NCBI RefSeq assembly: GCF_009914755.1
Contig: NC_060940.1
DNA length: 64,000 nucleotides
Source: the human T2T-CHM13v2.0 reference genome, Homo sapiens
Direction: 5' to 3' (one strand)
In this document: positions 1 through 15,574 of the stretch, one piece after another
Layout of the letters: the number at the start of each line of letters is the position of its first letter
Position numbering within the stretch: position 1 is the first letter of the stretch
Made by a program: the position numbers and the translations under genes
Notes under the pieces: generated by a model
Databases searched by the model: none
What the model was told of the DNA's origin: nothing
Seen by the model: the letters and a program-made list of their open reading frames with translations, nothing else

Positions 1-145
1 AAAAAGTAATGCAATAAGCGTACCATGGTCATGTGAGATGTTGACATTAGGGGAAAGACAATAAACAGCGTGGAGGAACTCTGTGTACTCTGTTTGTAAG
101 TTTCCTGTAATACTAATATTCTAAACTAAAAAGATAATTTAAAGG
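1..145 (+). mobile_element. L1MC-type LINE-1 3' end fragment
   Basis: 'gtaccatgg...gatgttgacattaggggaa...ggaactctgtgtactctgtttgtaagtttcctgtaa...aaaaag' resembles the L1MC 3' UTR terminus. Confidence 0.65.
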
Positions 146-164
146 GAAAGAAAACCTCTTTATG

Positions 165-1085
165 ATAGTAACATCAGTTGGTATAACCATTTTGGAAGAC
201 TTGATTTACATAGGATCAAATATAAGTATATCTGATCCCCTAGAAATTTCACTTCTGGCCAGGCGTGGTGGCTCATGCCTGTAATTCCAGCACTTTGGGA
301 GGCCGAGGCAGGCAGATTGCTTGAGCCCGGGAGTTCAAGACCAGCTGGGCCAACATGGTGAAACCCTGTCTCTACAAAAATATTAGTCAGGCATAGTGGC
401 GTATGCCTGTAGTCCTAGTTACTCGGGAGGCTGAAGCAGGAGGATCACCTGAGCCCAGGGAGGTCAAGGCTACAGTGAGCTGTGATTAGGTCCCTGCACT
501 CCAGCTTGGGTGACAGAGTGAGACCCTGTCTCCAAAAAAAAAAAAAAAAAAAAAAAAGACCATTTTTAAGACTATGACTGGTCAAAATGTGCTCATACAT
601 TTGCCAAAAGACAAGTACAAGAGTGTGTTTAGCAGCATTATTCATTATAACACACTGAATCATTATTCATGATTACTCAAGACATCTGGTAAACCACCCA
701 GATATCTATCAGTGGTGGAATGGATAAATAAGTTGTAATAAATCCACACAAGAGGAGACTACTCACCAACAAGAATGAATGACTTAGAACTAAATTCAAC
801 AATGTGGATTTATCTTACAGAGATGATGTTGAGAGAAAGGAGGAAGATACAGAGGAATGTATCCTATGTGATTATAGTTACAATGAGTTGACTAAAAAGC
901 AAACTATTCCTATTAGAAGTCAGGGTAGAGGATGGATGGGAGCATGAAGTGTCCTCCGTCATGTTGCTAATGTTCTGTTGCTTGTTCAAGCTACTGGGTG
1001 TGTTCAGTTTATGAAAATTCATTTAATGACACATGTATGTTTTGTGAATTTTTTTGCATGTATATTTTACTCTAACAAAAAGTTC
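165..1085 (+). mobile_element. Old L1ME-type LINE-1 (end of ORF2 plus 3' UTR), interrupted by an Alu at 257-557
   Basis: 'gcagcattattc', 'gaatggataaataagttgt', 'ggatttatcttacagagatgatgttgag' and 'gtgtgttcagtttatgaaaattcatt' are L1ME 3' motifs. Confidence 0.75.
257..557 (+). mobile_element. AluJ SINE
   Basis: Full dimer ggccaggcgtggtggctca...A-tail; J-type 'ggtcaaggctacagtgagctgtgat' and 'gagaccctgtctc'. Confidence 0.95.
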
Positions 1086-2184
1086 ATGGACAAATACAAA
1101 ATCATATCTGACAGTTGTTGAGAGAATTAAAGGAAATAATAATAATATAAAGCACAATCAATGCATTCCATTTATTCTTCTGCTTTTCCCATCAATTCAT
1201 GTTACCCAGTCATTAATGCATACCCTCTGAGACCCCACCAAGCCATCTAGCCCTCAGCTGTGTCACTGGGCAGTTGTTTCTTCCACTGTGCAGTGTTTCG
1301 TTCTTAACCAACATGGCACCCCAGGTTCAGTGGTGAGAGTGTCACTGGCAACTTCTGAAATAACATCTCTGTTAGTTTGTGGAGTGGGCTAAATGGCCAG
1401 CCCTTCTACGAGCTCCCTCATGGTTGCGGGGGACTACCAATCACTCTCTACTTTTTTTTTTTTTTTTTAATAGGTCTTGTCATTTGTAAATGCAGAAGGA
1501 ACACTGAAAAAAAAAAATACTCTTGCCTTCTTCCATCTGTATTTTCTTTACTAAATTATCCAGTCTTATAAATATTTGAATAACATTTGGTCAGTATAAA
1601 ATCTTTCCTGTCAGCTCAGTACAAGAACACTTTTTGGCTCCTGAGACCACAACAGTCAGATAAATTAATATTGATTTGTTAGAAAATAGTTTTCACTCTG
1701 TCTAAACATCTTATTCTGGGCTCTTGAACCAAAATTATGAATTTAAAAGCAGCAAAATAGTTCTTCACAGTTTTCCCAGTGAAACTAATTATGGGCAGAT
1801 TGTGAGAAATGTGTTGGATGTGATTTCCAACATAGAGTTCTGCTAACCAAAATTCAGAGAAACTAGAGCCTCAGTCTCTGATTTATTTGAGCAAGTTGCA
1901 ATTTGGTAGACTGGAGAATTTATGTAAATAGTTTTTGCAGTTTCCATAGGGATAACTCAATACATTAATATCTCACGAATGGCAGAAGATGAAGGGGGAA
2001 AGTTTTTTTTTTAACTGATAGTTTGATTTACCTAATAGAAGGATCGGATTCTTCCCCCTTCTTACTTAAGTCTATATATTAAAGAACAGCTGGCTTACCT
2101 GCTGTATAAATATGCAGTGTGTAGAATTTGACTCAGTTTAGAGTTGAGTTTTAATCACATCCACGTACAGGGATGGGGATGGAA

Positions 2185-2486
2185 TTTTTTTTTTTTTTTT
2201 TTTTTGAGACAGAGTTTTGCTCTGTTGCCCAGGCTGGAGTGCAGTAGCACCATCTTGGCTTGCTGCAACCTCTGCCTCCCAAGTTCAAGCAATTCTCCCA
2301 CCTCAGCATCCTGAGTAGCTGGGATTACAGGTGCTCGCCACCACACCAGGCTAATTTTTGTATATTTAGTAGAGACGGGGTGTCACCATGTTGGCCAGGC
2401 AGGTCTTGAAGTCCTGACCTTAAGTGATCCACCCTCCTCGGCCTCCCAAAGTGCTCGGATTACAGGCATGAACCACTGCGCCTGAC
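2185..2486 (-). mobile_element. AluS SINE
   Basis: Poly-T followed by gagacagagttttgctctgttgcccagg...ccactgcgcctgac. Confidence 0.95.
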
Positions 2487-3327
2487 TGTACTTTTTTTTT
2501 TTTTAAAGTATACCCATACCCATTGTACACATTTGGTATTTTTTCTTTAAAAAAAAAAAGCATTTACTTTTTGCCTCATGAATCTCTGAGTACATTTTGT
2601 GCATTCTGTATTCTACTGTATTTACTCAATATTAATTATATGAGAAATAAATCCTAAATGTAATTTTGAATGGTGGCTTCACAAAAGAACATTTCCTCTT
2701 CTTTTGGACATTTGCTCCCAATTTTAAATAACACATCATTGAACATCTCTGTACAAAATTCCGTATCTGATCTTCAGAGAAGTTTTAAGATAGATGTCTA
2801 GAATTTCATCTCACATCTAAACTGTTTTAAGACACTTGGTACACATTGATATGTATTGTCCAATTGCTTTCCAGAAACTATATAAAATATTACAAAGAAA
2901 AACATATATATATATATATATGTAAAATATATATATGAAGGGAGAAATAAATGTAAATGAAAAGAAAAACATATAGAGAAAGAATATGTCTAAAAGAAAC
3001 TGCAGAGGCAGCTATAATTAAAGCACAAGGAAAGGCTATGAAATTCTGGTTCCACCTGCAACAGCTGTATGGTAAAAAGCTTATTCAGAGTCCTTCCTTC
3101 TTGGAAAGCTTTGTTAGAGTCTTATGGGATTGTGATGCACAGATACAGGGGCAAGGCTACTTTTTCCTCGAACTAGTTCACCAAAGCTTCTATCCTATGA
3201 AAGTGAATATAAAATTCTTAAAGTTTATAGGGTCTGCTGGGTTTAAGGAGGAGAAATTTGAGTTTTCATATTGTCAGTCTCAAAGCTTTTCTGAAATTGG
3301 AAGTGATGAAGTGACAGTCTGGCTATA

Positions 3328-3342
3328 TGTGTGTGTGTGTGT

Positions 3343-3373
<31 letters not shown>
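3328..3373. repeat. (TG)n microsatellite, about 22 units, one interruption
   Basis: Read directly from sequence. Confidence 0.97.
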
Positions 3374-3376
<3 letters not shown>

Positions 3377-3703
3377 CCTAGTCTAGGGCTAGGTTTGGGA
3401 ACTATTTTCTCCCGTAAGTTAAACTGAACTAGACTGTATGTCAAAGAAGAGTCTCAATGTCAACTTAATCCATTGTCATGACTGTAAAATGCTATTTCAT
3501 TATACCAGCAATTCCCCTGTGGATTTCTCCTGACTCTCTATGCAGCCCAACTCTATTTTAATCTGTTGTAGCTTTTCTTTCCCCTCTCTCCCAACTCCCC
3601 ACGTTTTGGAATTATTCAGTGCATTCGCTTCCAAGGCACCTGTTTGATATTTACACAAATTATGAAAGTAAGGTGGGAAGGCAATGAAGGCAACAAAGTA
3701 TAT

Positions 3704-3706
<3 letters not shown>

Positions 3707-3747
<41 letters not shown>
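3707..3747. repeat. (AC)n microsatellite, about 20 units
   Basis: Read directly from sequence. Confidence 0.97.
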
Positions 3748-3751
<4 letters not shown>

Positions 3752-5408
3752 AGAAATGACTACAGACACCTCAACACCCTTCCAAAACACTTTAATCATT
3801 TTCTTCGGGAGTTGAACAAGTGGCTGAAAATGCCAAAATCCATCAGCCAATGTGTAAGTACAAAAGGGTCAGATAAGATATATGTGGATTCCATAAAATA
3901 GTGCATTTGAATTCCCCCAGGTCTTTTAAAGATAGTGGTTTTCCAGATGTGACAAAACAAAAGAAGATTTCCAAATCAAAATTCCCATTTGCCTTTCGGG
4001 ATGTTGAATTTTCTCCACATTTGTGCAATTAAGAGTTTTGCTGAGTGAGCTTAGGACTCTGTCTCTTTAAGTGTTTAACAGTAATTGGTTCATGTCCTGG
4101 TGTTCATTGAAAATCCTAGACATTTCATGTAAAATCTTCTTAATGAGGGGATGAATTTTTCATTCACATTAGAAAGCTCACTCTGACAAACAATTTCTAA
4201 ATAAAACTTTGGCGACATGACATCCCACATTGGACTTGTCAGAGAGGACAGGTGCATTAGAATATAACTGTATGGCGATCCTTCAAGCTGTCAGCCATGA
4301 ATATTTTATTTCTTAATGAATCATCTTTGTGAAATCAACTTTCTTGTTGTAGTGTCAGTGCCATTTACAACAAAAAGCTGGCTCCTTTTAAAAGGTGAGC
4401 TCCTTAAAGATGCTGATTCCTGCATAAAATGTTTAACCCTACCCAAGGTGTTGGGCAACTGGGGGCTTTGTGCTTTGCTTCTCCCTTCTGAAAGTGACTT
4501 GAGAACCCACTTTGGGCTAGTGTGATTACAGTGAGGAGAAAGCTTTCCTTGATTTGTTGTTTCCTTCTCAGAACTGAAATCCCAGGTACCTGCCCAGAGG
4601 CAGCTCCCTTGGCCCTTGGGTCCCTGTTGTTCCAGGTGTTACTCCTATTCTTTTTGTAGTTGTCTAGGGATTTAGTTTCTCACATCCTGAGGTCCACTAG
4701 GTGCTATTAGCTGGTGCTAACTGACAGCTCTAGGCAGAAAGCCTTTCTCAGGATCCCAGCTTCCCTGTCTTCCAGAACTCAAAGACGGCTTTTGTTTGTT
4801 AGTTTTGAGGATGGAGACAGCTATCATTCTAATGAGGACTTAAATGTGTCCCTGCTGACCGAGCCAGAACTTATTTTTATGTTGCCACTAGGAGTCTTCT
4901 GAGATGCTCTTGTGGCTGGATGTAGAATCGCTTTGCTCATCTCTAGACACAGACTAGACAACGAAATACATTCCCCTAAAATAGCCCAGGGTTAGTTCTA
5001 TGACCTTTGTCACTGTTGGTACAGTTCTAAGAGGATATTGATTTTTTTTTCTTTTTAATTCATAGTCTCAACTATGTCTCAAGACTGCCCAGCAGTATTT
5101 CTGTTTACTCGATCTAATTTCTCTTCCATTCCTCACAGTGGCAATTTCAAGCTTCTCCTTTTTCCCCAAGCCCCATAATCTCCCCCTGATGCCCTTAGAA
5201 AGCTTCCCTGGTCAGTCCTCCTCACCACCTCCAGCTCCCCCTAGAAACTGACCATTTATCCCATCCCGGCTGACTTCTTCCCTTTTACAAGAAGATGTCT
5301 GTCTTTGAATTCAACTCAGAGGTCAGCTTCACTGCCTGCCCTGTGGAGTCGACTCTGTGTCCCACCCTTCAGGAATACGGCTTAATAATAAGATGATAAG
5401 GATTCGTA

Positions 5409-5578
5409 CCAGGGATTGGCAAATGACAGTCATTTTCTGTTTCCTTAAGTAAAATTTTATTAAAATACAGCTCCACTCATTCATTTATATATTGTTCATA
5501 TCTAATTATTTTCACACTGCAATGGTGCATAGTCAAATGCTTTCTTTCTGGCTTTTTAAGAAGATCTTTGTCCCTCCC
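5409..5578 (+). mobile_element. MER58A-like hAT-Charlie MITE
   Basis: 'cagggattggcaaa...aaaattttattaaaatacagctccactcattcattta...ctggctttttaagaagatctttgtcc' follows the MER58A layout. Confidence 0.7.
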
Positions 5579-6544
5579 CCACCCCCCGCCCCGATTTATA
5601 CTATGGATCAGCAGCCTAAACCCTGCAAACTGGGTCCCCCATCTAAGAGTCTGCAATGAAACGCGAGCGGACTTGATGTGTCTCAGAGTGATGATTCTTG
5701 CCCTTGGCGGTTGATGCTAGACTGTTGCAGCTTCAAATATAATGTATTTTAGTGCTATACGACAGCCATAAGTATTGGCCTGTGTCCACTGGTCTCCACT
5801 AGGAGAAAACCGAGCCAAGCTTGAAAGTACTAAGCGTGCCCAGGGGAAATGGAATAAGCTAGAAATTTGTTGTTTCCTTTTCACTAGGTTTAAGTGAGAA
5901 TATTTGTGAGCAAACTCTCAGTGTGGGCAGGTGACAATTTCTGCAGGTATTTTCCCCCCATTTTAACTTGTGCGATATAGTTCCCTATTTTGTTTTGTTC
6001 CACCTCGATCACAACAGCTGCCACCCGAGGTTTAAAGATACTGTTGTCCTCATCTTCAGAACAAGGGTTACGTTTGCTGTATCTGGAGAAAGTCCATAGT
6101 TTATGATGAATTTTCTATTAATGTAAACTCCCACTGTTTATAAGTCACCCAAATTGTTTGTATTAAATTAGATGTGTACCATCTTATGTCTCTTCTTTCA
6201 GAAAATGAATCTCTGTTTTTTTTTCTCTTTCTCCTAAATGTTAGGAATTTTCTGAAGTTTGAAACCAAGTGGCACAAAAACATTGCATTTATTACATAAT
6301 TGCTCCTAGGGAAATACACATACACACACATGTACACACATACACATACACACATTTTTTCCTAAACAACATCAATGTCATAACAGTTTTGAAGCACGTA
6401 TACACACTGACACATAGATTTTGTAAATGAGGCACATCTATTCTTGAAATGCAATTGCTTAAAAATGGAAGTTCTGAAAATAAATAAAAAGAAACATCAA
6501 TAAATAAAAGCCCCATTTTCATATTCTTATTTGACCTCTTGCCT

Positions 6545-6625
6545 CTCCATCATTCTTAAATTTGACCTCCATCATGCTTAAATTTGACCTCCATCATTCT
6601 TAAATTTGACCTCCATCATTCTTAA
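6545..6625. repeat. 22-bp tandem repeat (ctccatcattcttaaatttgac), about 3.7 copies
   Basis: Units start at 6545, 6567, 6589 and 6611 (partial); one substitution among the full units. Confidence 0.95.
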
Positions 6626-9600
6626 TCCTCATGTTCTTAATGGACATCCCTCCCACCCTATCTTGGCCTTCTGAGACTGTTCCCCCAGCCCCAGTCAGGA
6701 GGGCTTGTCCACAAGTTGCTGTCTGAACTGGGCAAGCCTCCTGGCTTCCCTGAAATGGTGCTGATGTCTTCACTTCCTGCCACCTTGGCAACCTTTGTAG
6801 TTGCTCTCTTTTTGCCAGGGGAACAAATTAAGAGAGAGAAGAGTGATAGTGTCTACATGTGGTCTGCTCACTCAGCCAGTATTTTCCACAGCCAGTCTTT
6901 CCCTAGACCAGCATCTGAGCGTGCCTTGTCTATGGGCCAGCTATACTATTATTTACTGATGACTTCCTCATTCACTTTCTGTTTTTTATCTAAATGCCAG
7001 CCTTAGCCTTGTTCAAGGTAACAGTATACAGGAAATCATGGGTTTCGAGCATGTTTTGTCAATATTTAGTAAAATGCGTTCATAGCTATTATTATAAAGA
7101 CTTTAGGTACATTCCTGCACCACTTAATAACTGAATCAATCTCCTTTCATCAGGGGGAACAAACCTGTCTTTGGCTCACACTGTTTGAGGATATAAAAGG
7201 AAGCATACAGTGGGCCTCATTCTGACAAATTTTTAGTAAATCACAGGTTGCCTTTCCTAAATCCCTCAATATGATGGCTAGTCTGTTTCATAGTGAATAA
7301 AAAGTGATCCTGGATGAATGAATAAAGTGAAATTCAGATAATTTTTCTCAAAACTGAAATTGTTTAAATCTTCCTTTAGTTCTCTTTTTTCTGCCTGCCC
7401 CTTCTTTCATATACCCTGTTTTTCACCTCTTTTGTCTCAGTCCCATCTGATATTTGAATAACAATATGTAATTTCAGGTTTAGGATTGTTGATCTGTAAA
7501 TCTCAGCCTAGTGCTTTCAACTCCTGGCTTTCTCCTAAGTTCACCCTCCTCCCTTCCCTCCTTTCTGTAAGGACTCTAAACGATTGCGCTTCATTAAGTT
7601 ATTTTTATAATGAGTTCCTGTTACCAGGGAATACAGAGTTAAAAAGGTGATCTCACTAAAAGTAATTAGCATAAGACCTGCTGGACCTGTAGAAGTGACT
7701 GGATGGTAATCAATAGCAATATGATTACACCCATGCAGCAATTATAAATTATTTAAAACACTACCCCTAGGTTACTGACTAGTTGCCTTTAAATTAAATT
7801 CTCTGTCGATAATTGATGCAAAGAATTAATGTGAGAACACCTTCAGTTACTGCAACTTTTTCAAGGTGGCATAAAATATTGAACTATTGCCCGTCATTAG
7901 CAGCTAAGCTGTCTGTTTGCTCTAACATCCTTCTTTTCTAAATTGGTCAAGAAAGAGTCTCAGATCTTGAAAGATGACAAATGATTTCGAATCCACTGCT
8001 GGGTATTCTTCTAAGAGCACTGAAATGTCCCAGTGAGAAATTTCATATATGAAGGCAAAGGAAAAAAAAATTAAACTTTAAATAATGACCAGTTATACTT
8101 CATCAACTCTAACAAATGAAGGAGCAGAGTTGGTTTTCTGGAGTTTGCTTCAGTTCTTTGATATGGTCAGTGTAGGTCGGGGAGGTCTTCCCTAGCTTGA
8201 GAAATCATAACCTAGGATATTTAAGCTGTCAGTAATAGTGTTTTAAAACTCCAGGCCTATAATAAAGTAAAAAGTGTGTCTGATAAAATGGGTTTTTTTC
8301 CTTGCTTAGTGAATGTCTTCTGTTTCTCTCTAAACATTGTCACTTGCCAAACCATGTTTTCTGTTTCATACTAATTTTCTACTGGCAGTGAGACCAGCGG
8401 AATCTAAGAAATTGCATACGAAATTCAAGGATTGGAAAGAAGAAGAGGAAGTCAACCATTAGCAACCCTAGCTCCTCTTTAATCTCAAGAGGCAAGAGGT
8501 ACTCGATGAACCACATGCTAAAATAAAAAAAAATGAACCACATGCTAAAATCAAATGGCTTCTGCACCTGTGTGCGTTCCTGGACTCTGGGGTCACAGGA
8601 TGGCTGATGAGATGCCTTCGAGAAATTAATACTCTAATGAGGGAAACATCCTTTCATGTTGGTGCAAGAGACGTTCTAGGCCTGGTTCTACCTCTAGTTG
8701 GAACGGTGGTCATGGACAGGTCACCCCCGCTGTCCAGAACACATGTCAAGAAGTGGGAGCTGGACGACAACATTCTTGTTCAGAGCGTTCTTCCTCCACA
8801 TTTTATCCAAAGCAGCTCCACTTTTACCTGTGTTATCTACTGAGATTCTGCGTGTGTGAAACACAAGGTCACCTGCCAAAAGCAAAACAATTAGGCCAGC
8901 ATTGGGCTAGGTGAGGATCCATTGTCTTTTGGGCAGGTGATTGTGATACAATAGGAGCCGGTGTCCTGTTGATGGCATCCCACAACTTTCTAACCTCTGT
9001 TGTAGAGTTTTGTTAGCCACGATTTGGACCAACCTGCAGTTAGGCCAAGGGCTGCTGATCCAGTTGGATTAAGGAACTCTGCTGTTTGAGCATGTTGGCT
9101 TCATTCATTGGTATCTCCTACGCCAAGTCCTAGGCTTGGTTACAAAGGGCAATGAAGGGTCTTTTCTGTCCTTAAGCACTCACAGGTAGCTTAACAGTAA
9201 TGCCTTGGATTCCTTCCTTCAAGAGCGATAGCAGGAAGCCCAGCTTCTCTGGTAGCAGAGCACGGGTCCTCAAAGCAGACCGTGAGGTCAGAGGAGCACT
9301 GGAGTCAGGAGTTTCCATCTCCACCCTGCTGAGTAAACTGTAGTTACCCACACAGAAAAGGAGGCTCTCCAGGCTGACAGGGTCACAAAGACACACGACT
9401 ATGAGATGGAATGACTATAGCTAGAAAAAAAAAAAAGTGGGGATGCCCCTCTTGACCATCTTATGCCTGAAATAAGGGAAGACATTCTTCTTTTTTATCT
9501 GCCAACCTCCCAGTGCCACAGTAAGCACAGAGTCAGGCCTCGAAAAATACCAGTCCTTTCGCCTGTCCCCTCTCACATGGTTTGAATCCAAGAGGCTGTC

Positions 9601-10249
9601 ATACCAGGCTCCCCCATTCAGTATATTTTCTTTATGTTTAAATAGTTTGGATTGACTTCTCTTTTCTTTTATTTTTCTGTTGCTACTTAGGAAACCATCT
9701 CCAGGCTAGAACAAGTGCCTGAAATAGAGAAGGGTGAGGTCACTGCCTAAGACACTTCCTCCTCCACCCACTCCTCTCTCAGACTCAGCTCCTTCCACTT
9801 CTGCCCACATGGCTGCCATTTTAATTTTTGCTTAAATGTTGCAGCCAATATTTCATGTATTGTTGTTTTCTTCCTTGCCTGGGAGACTCTTTTGTCTGAG
9901 GTTCCCTGGTATTTTCCAGGGGCCCTTCTAGCACTTCTGTGAACTCATTAGCTTCCCCTTGTTCCAGAAAATGTCTGTCATACATTACGTGCCTTTCTCT
10001 GTCTTTCCCTGCCCCTCTCACCTTCATCGATCACACTTTTGCTTCACAGAGGTAAGAGGAAATCAAACTCACACAGTATCTTTTGTTTTCTAGCAAGCTA
10101 GAACACAAGATTTTCTAGATGCATCTTTTGAGTTGATATGCAATATTTTCCTTGACAGATTTGTTACCAGCTGAGCAGATATTGTGTCTGTGATGTATTT
10201 GAGTACCAGGTATCCCTGATTACCATAGAGTAATGTCTTTTATTGAGGC

Positions 10250-10250
<1 letters not shown>

Positions 10251-10296
<46 letters not shown>

Positions 10297-10432
10297 TTTG
10301 AGACAGGGTCTTGCTTTCTTGCCCAGGAAGGAGTGCAATAGTGTAGTCATGGCTCACTGCAGCCTTGACCTCCTGGGCTCAAGCAATTCTCCCACCTCAG
10401 CCTCCTGAATAGCTGGAGCTACAGGCAAGTGT
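10251..10432 (-). mobile_element. Alu right-arm monomer (FRAM or truncated AluJ) with (TTA)n tail microsatellite
   Basis: About 14 TTA units, then gagacagggtcttgct...ctacaggca; no left arm. Confidence 0.9.
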
Positions 10433-12754
10433 ACTGTGGCAATTGTTAATGTTCACTTTTATTTCCATAGTTAGCCTTGATCGTTTAGTTTTAAAGAGTT
10501 ATACAACACATACACCCACATCTAATTGTTGTGTTATTGGGTTAATGGGAATATTTTAGACTCAAGCCTGGTTCTTTGCTTCTCTCCAGCACAGCAAAGG
10601 ATACACCTCCAAGTATAATATTGAACTTCAAAGTTAGTAATGTTCAGTGATGCTTAAGCATGTAGATCATAAAGTCCTAGACTATTTTTTGTCTAAATTA
10701 TTGTTTGTAGTCAGCCTCTCTACTGGTTGGAAACACAGGCTTGAGTTTGGCTTTCTGCTCTACCTAGTTCATTGCTGCAGCTGTAATCCAGCCTGATTCT
10801 AATTTTCAACTGGAGATGGTTGTCTTCTTTTTTATTCCATGAAACAAATTGATTAATGTGTCGAGGGAGCAAGGTGGTACTTATACCTACCCAGCCTGCT
10901 TGTGTGTGTCTCAAGGTGGAGAGAGGCTGTGGAAACAATAGAGAGAATAGCATGGAAGGCCACGTTGCAATTAAACAAGATTGGGAAAGAAGACGGGACT
11001 AAAATCATGCCTTGAAGATGTTTATCATATGAAGTTGACCTTGAGACCCCAAGACCGGCTTCAGTTTTCCACAATGCGGCTATTATGAGAAAAACAGTGA
11101 CTAACTGAGCACTGTGCATAACTCAGTTCTCGGAATTTTCAATCAGAAATTATCTGATGACGGGACTAATTCTTATTACGATAGTTCCAATGGATCCACC
11201 CAGGATCCACCTCCACAACTAGGTGTACAGAAGCTGGAGATCCCATCATGCCGCCGGGCACCGGTTTACGAGAACTCTATGTCTTATCTTGGTAGTACGA
11301 TTAGGAAAACAAACACAATGGTTTCTGCCTTCAATGTTTCCATGGTGAGGGCAGTTATTAGGCATATGCTAAAGTGTAATATCCGCTTTTTCAAACCACA
11401 TTTCAAAGTTGATAGCATCAACGGCTTTAAAATCACTTTTAAAGAATCTGGGCTTACCCAGTTAACAGAAATAGAACCTGCCTGTTTATCAGTGGGTTTG
11501 CCTCACTTTTCTGTGGGTTTCTTTTCTTTTCTTAATTATGCATTAAGAAAATAACTTAAGTTTCTGTGCATACAACATCTTCCTTTCTCATTCCCAGTAC
11601 CCTAGAAACACAGCCGTTCACTGAAGAGGATTTGAGTGTTGTCTCCTCTGTGGGGTCAAAACATCATGCTTCTTTCTGTTCTGCCCCATGGCAGTGGTGA
11701 CGATGGCCTAGCTTCCATCCCGTAGCTTCTTGTGTTTTTCTATTCCACCAGTCTATCAACCCTGTATTTGTTGTCAAATTTACACTGTCCACAGGCAAAG
11801 ATCTATTCTCCTTTAGAATTTAATAGGAGGGTTTGGAAATGATGCCATGGAAACCCTGAGCAGCTTGGCAATGCTGACCCCAAATGAGAAATAACTATCA
11901 TTGGTGTTTTCCTTCTACTACTATTATCTTGCCCATTGATCTTCAAAAAGTTCATTGGTCAAATTGATTGAGGAACGCAAGACTTAAATGTAATATGGCT
12001 CTGGCAAATTCTGAGATGCTAACAAAAACAAGTTTTCTTAAGAACAATGTCAACTGACTCACAGTATCCGACTATATAAAGTCGAGTGCTCTCATGCCAG
12101 GAAGCTGATACAGTTCATGAAACCTCAGTCATTCTTTCGTATTACTCCTGTCTTCTCTTTGGAAAACAATCTCATGAATTTGGTCTTGACGCTGACTTAA
12201 CATCCCAGGAAACAGATACTCAATTCCACTGTCTTTTTTGAGAAATGAACAGTTCTCAAACTTTGTTTAAATTTCCTTTTCACAGATGAGTAATAACCAA
12301 AGATATTTCTGAAAGGGCTCTGAAAACATGCAGGCAATTGATCTTTAAAAATAAGATAGAAATAGTAGGTTTTATAAAAGAAGGAAATAGAAATACTTCA
12401 GAAGAAATAAAGTGTGCTGAATCATGTTTTAAACATAATTATATCCGGAATGCACTTACCCATTTGAAAAAAAAAAAAAGTCACCAAGTTGTTTCCAATT
12501 GTTTTTGTATGTTTGCTTAGTCATTTTCAGAGACAAAAATTTGGGAAAAGGATTGTAGAATCACTGGCTTCCCAAAACCACTTGGTGTTTACAAAGTTAT
12601 CAAAAACGGGCTGGGACCACTGATGGTAATAACAAAACCTGGGGCCCTGAATCGTGTATTCTACATCCGTTAGCACACTGAAGCCACACCGCAAACTTGT
12701 GAGGCCAGCGTTGCTTCCCCTACCCCTTCCGTCAAAAACCGTCTGAGGCTGATC

Positions 12755-12850
12755 ATTAACTTGCATAAGGTCACATAGCTAATGAGAAGCAAACGCATCA
12801 TAATGACCTGGGACATATGACACTGAAGCCTACTCTCTTTCCACAAAGCT
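12755..12850 (-). mobile_element. MIR SINE fragment
   Basis: 'aacttgcataaggtcacatagctaa...tgacactgaagcctactctctttccac'. Confidence 0.6.
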
Positions 12851-13049
12851 TGATGTACTCAGATAGTAATTAGTAAACATTTTCATAAATAATCTTAACC
12901 TTTTCAAGCATTTTTGTCGATTGGATTGTAGCACTCAAAAGTAAGGTCTGTTTTACTAATATAAAATTGGGCCTGTGGAATAATTCTCTTCACAGAAGTG
13001 TGTGTGTGTGAGAGAGAGAGAAAATGTATATGCATACATATACATGTAT

Positions 13050-15520
<2,471 letters not shown>

Positions 15521-15574
15521 ATATATATATGTTTTATATTTTTCTTATTCTTACTATCTGCATATTAGAGGGAG

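Noticed and set aside
2957-3427. 156-aa ORF
   Set aside because: Runs through the (TG)n repeat (CVCVCV); no recognisable domain or splice context; chance ORF
6545-6625. CRISPR-like repeat array
   Set aside because: Head-to-tail repeats with no spacers in primate DNA; no cas genes
11114-11554. 146-aa ORF in mostly unique sequence
   Set aside because: GTG start, no recognisable homology, and overlaps a probable L2 remnant
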